A stretch of 64,000 nucleotides of DNA from Octopus sinensis (Eukaryota): contig NC_043008.1 in NCBI RefSeq assembly GCF_006345805.1, positions 10,974,001 through 11,038,000 of the forward strand. Reading direction: 5' to 3'. The notes below the pieces were generated by a model, which was not told where the DNA came from, made no database searches, and saw only the letters and a list, made by a program, of their open reading frames with translations. Positions 12,711 through 25,440 of this stretch are shown in pieces. A program made the position numbers and the translations under genes. Each line of letters opens with the position of its first letter. Within the stretch, counting starts at the first letter, position 1.

Positions 12711-13896
12711 CGGCACAGCGAGCTTTTTCTTTCGAATAATAATCAGGGTAATTTTCAAGCAAAAGCATAACAGTTAAGGTTTCAAGTTGAGAACCATAAC
12801 AATCCTAGGACAAATGATTTCATTTTCAAGGTGACACATACGACGGCGGGCTTTTGTGAAAAAATGTATAAATGTACATGTTGATATAAAGGGTGTAAGT
12901 TCAAGTCTCTTAGTTTGCCTTCGTCAGAAACCAAAGTTGCTTCGTCGAAGCAGTTTCAATAACAGAACGGCATTCTTAGAATTTGAACTTGAAATATTAA
13001 CTCATTATTTCTGGGCAATTTTATCTACAATAGGTATATTTCAGAGCCTCATTTACAATGTGATAAATGTAATATATGAAGCAATATAGATGTAGCATTA
13101 CTCTTGTTAATTTGCAAATATCTTCAGTGAATAGTAAGACCGACTCTTGCTTTAAATTATTCATTTGTTGTGGGTATAATTTATTAGCTATTTCATAAAC
13201 CCTCATTACTATAAAGACCGCTTAAACTGGAGAAATTTTCTTTAAAAGTACATTAGTAAGACAAGCAAAAATGCTAGTTCTAAAATCTATCTAAGAGATC
13301 AACGCAGTAGTTGTACTAAGAAATGTTCGTAGCCATTTCAACATGGCTGTCCGTTAGAACGGACTTTACTACGATTTTTTAATCCCAGTAGTTCATCTCG
13401 TTTAGCTGGTTAACGATGCACAGCTGCGGTTGTTGTAACCAACATTACCCTCTCTCCCGAAAATGCTGGTCTTGAACCGGAATTTGAAACCACTCTTTCT
13501 AAGAATTGCCTTTTGGTGTCAAATTAGTTTCCTATTGGTGTCAAACAACATTATTTATCACAAAGAAACGACTTTTAACATTTACATAGATCTCGCAAGT
13601 AAAACGTTTATTTTCATCATTTATACGGTAATAGGTAAAAATATTATACAGCTCAACTTAAAATGGAAATTCCTTTCATGTGAAATCATGTAACAAAAAT
13701 ATGAGACAGTTTAATTTTTGCATCGCCGACGCCAATGATATATTACTGGCCAGACACCGATTCATAAATAAACATTCCTAAATTATCTTTTCATGTAGTC
13801 ATAAAACATACAAAACATTAAAAAAAAGCCCTAATACTTCGCAGTATATATAGCCTGTCATTATTTTTTATTTTCAACACTAGTATGTGTTTTAAT

Positions 13897-14163
13897 GGAG
13901 GCGCAATGGTTTCGATTCCTAGACGGGGAGGGGAGTTGTGTGTGCTTATTGAGCGAAAACACCAAGAAACTCCACGAGGCTCCGGCAGGGGGTGGCTGTG
14001 ACCCCTGTTGTACTCTTTCACCACAACTTTCACCCTCTCTTCCTGTTTCTTGAGTAACGCTGCGATAGACTGGCGTCCCGTCCACCTGGGGGGAACACAT
14101 ACGCCACAGAAACCGGGAAACCGGGCCCATGATTCTGGCTAGGCTTGAAAAGGGCGACGTTTT
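13897..14163 (+). mobile_element. SINE family B, tail type 3, deletion in tRNA head, 13-bp TSD
   Basis: TSD TATGTGTTTTAAT at 13884-13896 and 14164-14176. Core CTGTACTCTTTCACCACAACTTT is shared with other B copies. Confidence 0.88.
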
Positions 14164-14304
14164 TATGTGTTTTAATCGTTTCCTTTCCTCTATTCCACTC
14201 TGAAATATTACGACTAAAAATCTTACGACTAAAAGCGGAGTCACATAAGCTTCAAGAATACACTATACATTCCACGCTAATGTTTATGTTGGTCTTTTAT
14301 CTTC

Positions 14305-14515
14305 TGTTCTACTTGTCTCAGTCATTAGACTGCGGTCATACTGGGGCACCGATTGAAGGCGTTTTAGTCGAACGAATCGACCCTTTTACTTCTTTTATTA
14401 GCCTGGTACTTACTGTTTCAATTTTTTACGGAACTGCTAAGGTACGGGGACGCAACTAACCCAATACTGGTTGGTAAGAGGTGGTGGATGACAAACACGG
14501 ACACAGACACACTCA
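14305..14515 (-). mobile_element. Old family C SINE 3' half
   Basis: Reverse complement contains GGTGCCCCAGTATGACCGCAGTCTAATGACTGAGACAAG. Confidence 0.7.
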
Positions 14516-14589
14516 TAGACGCGCACGCACACATACATATATACATCAATCACACATACATATATTTCGATCGCGTATGTGCACACTCG

Positions 14590-14629
<40 letters not shown>

Positions 14630-14652
14630 GATAGATAGATAGATAGATATGT

Positions 14653-14700
<48 letters not shown>

Positions 14701-14729
14701 TATATATATAAACATATAGATATAAATAT

Positions 14730-14763
<34 letters not shown>

Positions 14764-14863
14764 TATATACATATATATATTTATATATATATATGCATAT
14801 ATATATATCTATATAAATCTATGTATGTATGTATCTATATATATATAAGTACATATATATATA

Positions 14864-14910
<47 letters not shown>

Positions 14911-14951
14911 ATATGTATATATATGTATGTATGTGTGTATATTTATATGCA

Positions 14952-15468
14952 ATCTTAGAAACATATGAACATAATTTAAATCCCAGCAAGCTTGTATTTT
15001 GCAGATGTTGCTTGAGTGCAATAATTTTGCTTTAAGTAAAGAAACTTTGGAGAAAATCCACTCTTTCATAATGTTTTCTTGTCCTTTTTATTACATTTTG
15101 TCGATCGAATTCGTCCGTTTGTTCTGGGATCCTATGTGGTTGGCTGTAAAAATCGTTGTAAAGGTCAAATAAACAAAAAGAAAAGGGGAAAATGAATCCG
15201 GATGTGATCTTAGAAACATACGAATGCAGTTCAAATGGCAGCAAGCCTGCGATTGCTATATGTTGCTTAAATGCAATAATTTCGCTTTAGCTAAAGAAAA
15301 ACTGGCGAAAATCCAGTCTTTGCAATTTGCTTTTCTTTTCTTTGTTATTACATTTTGTTGATCGAATTTATCCATTTGTTCTGGGATCTTATGTTCTGTA
15401 ATCCTATTCGAAAATCATTGTAAAGTCCCCCCCACAAAAAAAAAAGAAAAGGCGGAAATGCATCCGGA
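14952..15468. repeat. Diverged ~254-bp tandem duplication
   Basis: Units start ATCTTAGAAACATA at 14952 and 15206. They share TGTTGCTT…TGCAATAATTT, ATTACATTTTGT.GATCGAATT, TTGTTCTGGGATC and ATCCGGA. Confidence 0.8.
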
Positions 15469-15584
15469 CCTGCCAATGGCTGCTGTTGGAACGAATTTTC
15501 GTCTCTCCCTCTCTGCTATTCATTACGTTTTTAAAGCAGCAAGTCCGTAAGAAATATTATTTCTGGACTAATAATTAAAGGTGT

Positions 15585-15778
15585 TGTGTTGGCAAAATCG
15601 ACGGACAAAATGCTTAGCAGCATGTCTTCCTGCTTTACGTTCTGAGTTCAAATTTCCCAAAGGTTGAGTTTGTTTTTCGTTCTTCCAGCATCCATAAAAT
15701 AGGTATAAGTCGAACACTGGGTAGATGTACTCGACAAGCTTTAACATTCTAGTCCCTGTGTCTATAATAGAAAGCAAT
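15585..15778 (+). mobile_element. Old, degraded family A-related SINE
   Basis: Contains AAATGCTTAGC…TTTACGTTCTGAGTTCAAATT and an older-type tail. Confidence 0.6.
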
Positions 15779-15872
15779 ATTCGTACCCCTTTCCCCAGAG
15801 GTAAATGCCAAGGTAATAAAAATACAATTCAATTCGTGTAGACACGTGTAGAGGTGTTATGTATAAATTTAT

Positions 15873-16474
15873 TTTATTTCTTTATTGCCCACAAGGGGCT
15901 AAACACAGAGGGGACAAACAAAGACAGACAAACGGATTAAATTGATTGCATTGATTCCAGTGCGTAAATGGTACTTATTTAATCGACCTCGAAAGGATGA
16001 AAGGCAAAGTCGATCTTGGCGGAATTTGAACTCAGAACGTAACAGCAGACGAAATACCTATTTCTTTACTACACACAAGGGGCTAAAAACAGAGGGGACA
16101 AACAAGGACAGACAAACGGATTAAGTCGATTACAACGACTCCAGTGCGTAACTAGTACTTAATTTATTGACCCCGAAAGGATGAAAGGCAAAGTCGATCT
16201 CGGCGGAATTTGAACTCAGAACGTAACGGCAGACGAAATTCCTATTTCTTTACTGCCCACAAGTGGCTAAGCACAGAAGGGACAAATAAGGACAGACAAA
16301 TGGATTAAGTCGATTATATCGACCCCAGTGCGTAACTGGTACTTAATTTATCGACCCCGAACGGATGAAAGGCAAAGTCGACCTCGGCGGAATTTGAACT
16401 CAGAACGTAGCGGCAGACGAAATACCACAAAGCATTTCACCCAGCGTGCTAACGTTTCTGCCAGCTCGCTGCCT
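15873..16474 (-). mobile_element. SINE family A head + three 184-bp tandem units, with perfect 18-bp TSD
   Basis: TSD TGTTATGTATAAATTTAT at 15855-15872 and 16475-16492. GCAGACGAAAT recurs at 16045, 16229 and 16413. Confidence 0.92.
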
Positions 16475-16699
16475 TGTTATGTATAAATTTATGGCAATAG
16501 TTAGACCTAACTATAGACCTGATCTTCTTAGATTATGAAGGAACGTAAATATAATGCGTGGTGAGGTACTAAAATGACCAGTAAAAAATACTCGCAGGTC
16601 TTTTAGACGAAGGAATAATATACGTTTTTTGGTTTCATTCCCTATTATTAGGAAGTTTTCCCGTTGATCTAATAGTCTCTTGTATATGTCTGGTAAATT

Positions 16700-16875
16700 G
16701 CAGGGAAGATTCTATTCCTTTTATGTCAGTCCTAAAAGAGTGGTTCATATACTCTATTATATGTAGATTCATCTGCGATCTTGGACTACAGAAGGTCAAT
16801 CAAGATGCTTCTTGAAAACATCTACCTCTTCCGCATGATGTAGATCTCTCAGATCTTTTGGCAAAGTATTAAATA
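16700..16875 (-). mobile_element. CR1/L2-like LINE ORF2 C-terminal fragment
   Basis: Minus translation GQQLFNTLPKDLRDLHHAEEVDVFKKHLD matches the recalled GPxLFNxLP…FKxxLD RT C-terminal motif. Confidence 0.7.
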
Positions 16876-17052
16876 ACTGCTGGCCTGATATACTTACGTT
16901 TCATCACGCACACACACACACACACACACGCATAAATTTAAATTGAGGGTGAGAAATTAGATAGTAATTTAATTAACACCAATTTATGGTATGATCATAG
17001 CGGATCTACTTCTAGCATAAGTGTTGTCCACATAGTGGTCATCTCTCTCATA

Positions 17053-17087
<35 letters not shown>

Positions 17088-17106
17088 CATATTGAAACTA
17101 TTCGAT

Positions 17107-17281
17107 GGGCTAAGTCAATGTAATCGACCCCAGTGCTAAAGTGGTACTTATTTTATCGATCCCGAAATAGGTGAAACGCAACGTCGACCTCTGTGGAATT
17201 TGAACTCAGTATGTGGTGACGAAAGAAATGGTGCTAACCATTTCGCACTGCATGCTAACGATACTGCCAGCTCGCCGCCTT
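17107..17281 (-). mobile_element. Degraded family A-related SINE
   Basis: Reverse complement begins AAGGCGGCGAGCTGGCAGTATCGTTAGCA. Confidence 0.8.
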
Positions 17282-18569
17282 ATTTTCAATGTAATATTTT
17301 GTGTTTAACTGCACCTGTATGTATACTTTGTAGCGAAATAGCTACTACCTACGAGAAATATTCGAAACGAGTTATTTGAACATAACTTTTTCATTACTTT
17401 CATTACTACTAATAACTTGAGGAACTTAGCATTCGTCTCTTCTATTATACAAACTTTGAATCAATACTCTTGCGTAATGTTGCTAATGTCTTTGTGAAAG
17501 GCATATAAATTATAACTTCTTTTTAACAAGGTTACCTCAAACCTAAATTCTCAAGATTATTGTCTCTGCAAAAAAAAATTAAAAAAAGAAGCAGATGTAT
17601 GTGTGACATTATTATGTAACAGCCTAAGGAATTTTTTTACGCATTGAAGAATTTAGAATAAAATATGAGAGCACAGCATAATTAGAACTAAAGTGGATTT
17701 TTACTCATAAAGAACACAGGCAGAATCCCGTACACACATACACACATACATAGTCACTCATACTTGTACACACACACACACACTGACATATGCACTTATA
17801 TGTACACACTAATGCATTATAACCAGAAGCGTAATTAATCAATTTATAATTTATATGATGCATTTAACCTCAGTATGATGTAACGAAGAGATAATAAATG
17901 AGTGTGCATTGGAGGGATGTTCATTACTGTGGATTGTTTTCTTTATAAGAGAATTGCAAAGATTTGCAATAATAAATGGAACGAATGCCAACCTCACAAC
18001 ATTCTAACATCCATTACGTACAGAACGTATACTTTCACTATTAAAGATATTGAGACACATTTTATAGTCTTATACTATGAAACACTAACAAAAATAAAAA
18101 CAAAACACAACGTACCTCACTGCGATTCCTCTGCTTGCGAGAAATAGTAGTTAAATCTCACTCAGTTTACACTCTATTGTTTTTAAATCGAAGCGGGAAC
18201 ATCTACGTTGTGGATGGGCCGGCGAGAAACAGCAGCCTAATATGTCTCAAATTTTCTCCGAAAATCTTGAAACAATGAAGGCTACAACGGATCATGCTGT
18301 TCCGGGTGCATAATGCTTCGGGAAAGAATGGCAAGACTACGGTTCGAACGCTTGATTAATCGGTGATGTCTAGATGCAAAACTGCTATGAAACTAACTCT
18401 CACAAAAGGAGTCTATTTGCGATTCCTCGATCTGGTAGAAATAACAACCAAATTGTATATAGTTTATATCCTATAATGTTAAATAAGAGACGGAAACGTT
18501 CACAACCACTGTAGTCTTGTAATAAACCTAATACGAAGAAGTGGTCACGGGTGGATCACCTTTTAACTC

Positions 18570-18852
18570 AGATACAATCGACTTAATCCGTTTGTCTGTC
18601 CTGTCTGTCCTTGTTTGGCCCCTCTGTGTGTAGCTCCTTGTGGGCAGTAAAGAAATAAGTAACGTTAGTATAGGTGAAATGCTTAGTGGTATTTCATGTT
18701 TTCACGTTCTGAGTTCAAATTCCGCCGTGGTCGACTTTGCCTTTCATCCTTCCGGGGTTGATAAATTAAGTACCAGTTGCGTACTGGGGTCGATCTAATC
18801 GACTGGCCCATTCCCACAAAATTTCGCGCTTTGTGCCTAGAGTAGAAAAGAA
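18570..18852 (+). mobile_element. Family A tail followed by an older-tail family A unit
   Basis: …GGCAGTAAAGAAATAAG is followed by TAACGTTAG…GAGTTCAAATTCCGCCG…TTGTGCCTAGAGTAGAAAAG. Confidence 0.75.
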
Positions 18853-18945
18853 ATTACCACGATTCAGGAGTTTACTCCCCTTGATATTGCTGTTGAGATC
18901 ATCTGCATATGCTTAAACCTATATTACAATGGTATCTTATAAATG

Positions 18946-19326
18946 TGGAAGCACTCCGTCGGTTACGACGACGAGGGTTCCGGTTGATCCGAATCAACGG
19001 AACAGCCTGCTCGTGAAATTAACGTGTAAGTGGCTGAGCACTCCACAGACACGTGTACCCTTAACGTAGTTCTCGGGGATATTCAGCGTGACACAGAGTG
19101 ACAAGGCCGGCCCTTTGAAATACAGGTACAACAGAAACAGGAAGTAAGAGTGAGAGAAAGTTGTGGTGAAAGAGTACAGCAGGGATCACCACCATCCCCT
19201 GCCGGAGCCTCGTGGAGCTTTAGGTGTTTTCGCTCAATAAACACTCACAACGCCCGGTCTGGGAATCGAAACCGCGATCCTATGACCGCGAGTCCGCTGC
19301 CCTAACCACTGGGCCATTGCGCCTCC
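18946..19326 (-). mobile_element. SINE family B, tail type 1, full length
   Basis: Near-identical reverse complement of 2503-2884. Confidence 0.92.
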
Positions 19327-20462
19327 ACTCATCACAAGTAATACATTGCTGGTCGAATAACTTCCACTGGTGTTTTATAAATATTTCCTTTCTCTAATTA
19401 TCGTGATTGTTTGATTTTATTCGAAGTTTTACTCTAATATTTAACTATGCTTGAAAAAGCCAACATTTAACTACTATGCTTGAAAAAGCAGCTAAAGCTT
19501 CATAAAATTGCATCATATAGTCAAGAAAAAGAGAAGGGTACATTGGATAAAGTATGCCAGGATGAAATTGTTTGGGGCGAGATGATCATGGGTGGAACTC
19601 CTTTTGATTTTTGTATCTGCTCGAACCCTGCAAAACTGCGACTAAACAAAATAAAAAAAATAGATTTATTTCGATTCGTAGATTCACAAAAAAAAACAAA
19701 CCGTTCAACTAAAAGAAAAAAAACAACAACAACAAAAAGCAGGAAAAAGAACGCCTAATAGATATGATATGAAAGAAATAAGAAACATTAATTATCCAAG
19801 AATGTGTCTTGAAAATATGAATTTGACAGCCATTAATATCATTACGATAAAATATATAACAATGGACTTGAAAGGCTCATATATTGTACTTGAAACATTA
19901 AAAAAATATTTTCTAGAAAGGCCAATTGTCCATGTTTAATGACAAAGTGAAATTGTTAACAACAATAAGAAAATATTTGTTCCCCATTCATTTTGATATT
20001 TTGTTTATGGAAATGTCACATCTAATATTTAATAATATCAGTAAAGATAAAAAGACAAAATCATATTAAAATAATCAGTGAATGATATGTTTGAGAAGTG
20101 AGTTAACATAAAAATTCTGTTTTTCCTTTTGAGCTGTACAATTAAAAGTCGTTATGCGTGCATATATAATTGTACGGTACTAACACATCCATTAATGTAA
20201 AATGAATGCAGCTGACTATAAACCGAAAATAACTGATATATAAATTGATTAGATTTAGAGATAGTTAAATCGGGAGATAGAAGTTCAGAGCAGACAAAAC
20301 GAATAATTAATCAGAAATTGTTAGTTCATTATATAATTGCACACATACATGTACACACATACAGTACAATGCATACATACATACATTCATACATACATAC
20401 ATACATACATACATACATACATACACATAGTACATATATACACACATACATATGTATGGACG

Positions 20463-20700
20463 TATAGCTTAGATGACTTAGATTGGTTTCGGCCATTATT
20501 GGCCCAGGCCATGACTAACTGTATAGCACTACCTGGAAAAGTCTTTTAATTAATTATTTCGGGACATCATGGACAACTCAAGCAGAGAGCTGTTGTTGGC
20601 TGAAACGAATCCGGGTGTAGGTGGTTTATCCGGTATTTCCTGGAGGAATTTGTCCAGGTACCCTTTGAAAGTTTTGGGGTCTTTTTCTACTTGTACTAAT
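20463..20700 (-). mobile_element. CR1/L2-like LINE 3' end (ORF2 C-terminus + 3' UTR)
   Basis: Minus translation LVQVEKDPKTFKGYLDKFLQEIPDKPPTPGFVSANNSSLLELSMMSRNN* (stop at 20550-20552). The 3' UTR is GGTAGTGC…CATGGCC…GGCCGAAACC. Confidence 0.7.
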
Positions 20701-22439
20701 GCAGATCTATCTCATCAAAACTTTCGCAAATTTTACTGTCTCCAGTCCACTGCCGGAATGATATAAAGTCTCTCGTAAACACACTCCACCCTCTCGGACG
20801 TATACGTTCCGTCTCCTTTCTCTGCGTTATCTATCGCTAAGACAGCGGCCTCATATCAAAGTTAACTAATTTCATGCTATATCCACTCAGAAACCGCCAA
20901 CTAACTAATCTCTCTTTTTATCACCACCCACATTGTATCCCAGACCTTATACGCTCTGGAAGTACCGTTCTTTCATTCATACCAATCCAGCAGTAGAAGT
21001 CCTGTTTTGAAATAAAACGTCAGAAATATGTCACTATTTTTCAAAGATATATTTATATATTTCTTCATACCGTATGCCAGCCGGTAAGAAACTCTGAGAA
21101 ATAACTATATTGAATCAATATTTAATCCTAATTAATAAAATATAATATTCCAAGACAGAAGTTTTTATTGTTTTCTCATCTCAAGTTTACATATATCATA
21201 CACATAAAGCGCCCATGCAGACACATACACACAAATGATCGCGACCGAGTAACAAGTACTATACAACCGTTTGTATAAGATATTCGAAAACTTTTAATGT
21301 ACCAATACTCACTATATTTAGCTTATTAACTATTCTGTCTTTAGCAATGTTCTAAACGAAGAGAAACTTGGTGCTTCCGTCAGCGCACAATCTAGTCTTA
21401 AGGCCTTTTTAATCGGAAGCCGTTAACCAAAATCTCAGACAATCACCGAACAAGTTTGAATTCTATCTGGAAAAAAAGAATTTTGTGTTGATAGGAATGG
21501 ACTAATGGAATTACTCTGATCTCATTTGGTTCTATTCTCTTGGAGAATAGCTGTAGATCTCAGTACATGATGCATTATTTTTTCTTTCATAGAATTCTCT
21601 CAAGCGACATTATAAAATCAAATCAATGCCCGTTACTTGACAAATTTCTTCAGCTGCTTCCCACTTGCTATATTTCAATCAGAAAATGTTGTATGCTTTT
21701 TCTTTCGCTTCAATACTCAAGTCCTAATATTGAAAATCTTCCCGATTCTTTCAATTATGTGGAATTGTACTAAATGAAGTAGTAACACTCTAACTGTAAT
21801 TTTTATGTCATTTTGTACATTATTTTTTTTGTATAGACTTCAAACTAGAAATGTAAAGAAATTTACATAAGTATGAAAGTAAATTGGAAAGGTGAAACGT
21901 GAATCAGTGATGTTTATTCATTCCTTGAGCAAGTCATTTGGAAAGTGAAAGTAGGTGATACAGTATGGCTTGTGAATGATGCCAAATCCAGAAGTATAAA
22001 CTAAAATTCTTTTAGTTTTCCATCACTTCCATCAATGGAAATTGCAACTTTAACATTATATATTTCTTTACATTCCGCTGAATAGAAGATGGAGTGATTT
22101 TCATTCCATTCTGATTACCATTATTTGTTTCAATAAGTAAAAGAAGTTCAAATGCGAAAAGAAATCGCTAGTTGAAAATCTGTAGTACTGTAGTATTTCG
22201 CATGGAATGGTTTCTCCATGGTACATATTGGAGTTCTTTAATTGACCTCAAGAAAGGAAAAATGGATATTTTAGAGGAGGCAAAACATAAAGTTTTACTT
22301 GAAAAGTATGATTTCTGTTTGTGTTTAAGAGATTACTGCTAGTTTGCGATATTAGAAAGACGCTTGTCACTAATGATAAATGAAAGATGGGGATATATAA
22401 AATTAATCTTTTTTCTGAGTAAGAGCAGGTGTTAATTAC

Positions 22440-22690
22440 AAGAAGAAGAAAAGGAAGAAGAATAAAAAAGAAAAGGAAGAAGAAGAAGAGAAGAAGAAGA
22501 AGAAGAAGAAGAAGAAGAAGAAGAAGAAGAAGAAGAAGAAGAAGAAATGGGAAAGAGAAGCGAAAGAAGTAAGACGCTGACGAGGAGAAAGATGATGGGT
22601 GAACAGAATACTAGCTAGAACCATTGGTGATGGCGATGGTAATAATGATGATGATGATGATGATGTTGATGATGAAGATGATGGGGATAC
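22440..22690. repeat. (GAA)n and (GAT)n trinucleotide arrays
   Basis: Directly visible. Confidence 0.95.
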
Positions 22691-23382
22691 TAATGATCAT
22701 GACGATGTCGACATTTATCAAAAGTATTCCCAACATTTCAACAATTAACAAGAATCCTGCTTCTAAATATATACGGACATCTTAAAAAAATGTTAAGAAA
22801 TATAGGACAATGAAGCTCTATTGCGTACTGTAATGGTAAATGTAGTCTTCACTTATTATAATTCTATATTTTGTTTCACACACACACAGACACACACACA
22901 CACACACACACAGACACACACACACACACACGCATGCACATACACAAACACACACGCATACACGCCCAGACATATATACACACAATTATAAACACACATA
23001 AACACAAACATAAACACATAAACGTACACACATACAAATATACATACATGTATATATTTATGTATTTCTTTTAAATAAATGACAGTGTATGTGTGTACGT
23101 ATATGAGTATGTCCCCTAGAGAAAAACGGATTTGATATCAAAAATCTGTCTCAAGGAGTTTTGGTTATTACTAATCAAAAAATATAAATTGCTACTACAA
23201 TTAACTCAGCTTCCATATCGCCAACATTGTATGTCTGTACAAGCCGCCATTTTAAACTCATGGTTACCTTCGTATGTTTGCGTTTTATAACTGTCTTTCT
23301 ATCTGTCTCTCTCTGCCTTTTACGCTTTTCCCGGGTCTTATATTTTTCTCACAGTCCGTCACTCATTCTCTGTATATGTATA

Positions 23383-23779
23383 CTAGCAGTATCGCCCGGA
23401 GTTGCTCGGGTTTGTAAGGGAAATAACTATATAAGCATTTTTAGAGATGTAAAGTATAATAGCCATCTCAATATGGCTAACCACAAAGGGGGGGGGGTTA
23501 CTGTAGCTTTTTACTTTCTGAGATTTAATAATGAATTTTTAGAGAGTTACTTCCCTTATATATGCCAAAAATGCATTAAAAATGGGAAAAATTGATGGTA
23601 AATTATTTTTAAAATCGTAGACTCATCGTAGACGCGCGCTAATACCCGGAAGAGCTCGATATGAATCACGACTATAAGATACCCGGTTTGGGTTAAACTC
23701 CACCGCAAAATGTGGGAGTAGTTAGGAATCTAAATCGTAGGAGACAGACAGCACACAACCTCACTTTTATACGTAAAGA
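23383..23779 (-). mobile_element. Non-autonomous Helitron-like element
   Basis: On the minus strand it has a 5' TC, a subterminal hairpin CCCGAGCAACTCCGGG and a 3' CTAG, inserted between A and T. The 3' ~70 bp is shared with 47133-47517. Confidence 0.8.
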
Positions 23780-24071
23780 TTTCCTACGCTGAGTCTTTGT
23801 ATGTTTGTACGTGTGTGCATGTGTGTGCGCGTGTGTGAGTGAGTGAGTGAGTGAATGTGTGTGTGTGTGTGTGTGTGAGTGTGTGTGTGTGTGTATATGC
23901 ATGTGTGTAAGGAAGTTAATTAGGGTGACGGAGTCGAAAGATCTTTACGAAACGTCACCAGCGAGCTAAGAAGAAAACCGAACAGAGAAAGAATAGACTT
24001 GATGATATGCGAAGCCGAGCGTCCGTTGCCACGGTATAATCATTTTAATGATTATATCCTCAATTTATACG

Positions 24072-24103
<32 letters not shown>

Positions 24104-24360
24104 ATATAACGTAAGCATAAATAGCAATGGTGAAGCGAGTGCGGAAAGAGCCGAAGTCGAGCTGTCTTAACTGATGAGGCAACGCATCCGATTTTCCGCA
24201 TCCGATCTGCTTGTAACATCAAGGCCGAGCTGTAAGCCGACTTAAAGAAGATATTCAAAGATCTTCCCATCTTCGCAGAGACACCTACACACTAACTCAC
24301 GTATAGACACACACACACACATCTCTATATACCTTTAGATAATTGTACATATATATATAC

Positions 24361-24438
<78 letters not shown>

Positions 24439-25350
24439 CTATCTATCTATCTGTCTAGTATTTGTATATATATACATATATACATAGATATTGTGTGTGT
24501 ATAAATAATATATGTATATATATGTATATATATATTTGTAAATACACACATACACACATACACACATATACGTATATATATGTGTATATACAACCCCCAG
24601 AATATATGCACTTAAATATTATCTACGTTACTTATGCCGCTGGGTCACATGTTATTCAACAGCATTTTGATGAAGGCAAATAGTTTAAACAGATATTGTT
24701 AAAACAAATGAAGGTTTAGGAAATTAATAGCTACTTCTAACATTATTCGTCTTACCAGATCCATTAAGAAGAAATGTAGTCTAGATATTTGTTGTTAAAA
24801 TATTAACAGCACAAAAGCATTTTCAAAAAAAAAAAGAAAAATACTCCATAAAATTTCGTACTAGTAAAAACAGTTTTTCTTACACGATCAGTTATATGAT
24901 AGATGTATAATTTAGCTTTTATGTAACAAATTAGTAGATATGAAATAAGAAAAGTTGAAATTAATCATAAACATACGAAATTATTACAACCCAATGAGGT
25001 GAAAATGGAAATGTATAAAGCAATACACACAGAAAGAGAAATACTTAAAAAGAATTTATTATCAAATGTACGTAAAATATCTCTCGTTTCTTGTGTTGCA
25101 CAATTATTTGATGGTACGTCTAGATTAATATTATATTACAACCACTATAATTGTAAAAATATTATTCAATATCCGATTATAGCGTGGGTTGAAAACGCGA
25201 ATGTGTTCTATGTATTTTATTGTTACCTCTTTCGTATAACAACTTGGCTTAAACTTTCATACACATAATTATCTTATAAGGCATCAAAGAACTGACAGAA
25301 AACTAGATAACGATTAAGTGTTTATGTATTCTTCTCGGGTTGCATGCGAG

Positions 25351-25440
<90 letters not shown>

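Noticed and set aside
15004-15174. Open frame MLLECNNFAL… after TTTTGCAG in the duplicated unit
   Set aside because: The frame and acceptor are not preserved in the second unit, and there is no good donor.
15873-16474. CRISPR-like regular array
   Set aside because: The units are whole 184-bp SINE bodies with no unique spacers; the context is eukaryotic with no cas genes.
24166-24200. CTGATGAGG…CC possible hammerhead
   Set aside because: It is followed by GATT rather than GAAA, and no stem I or III forms.
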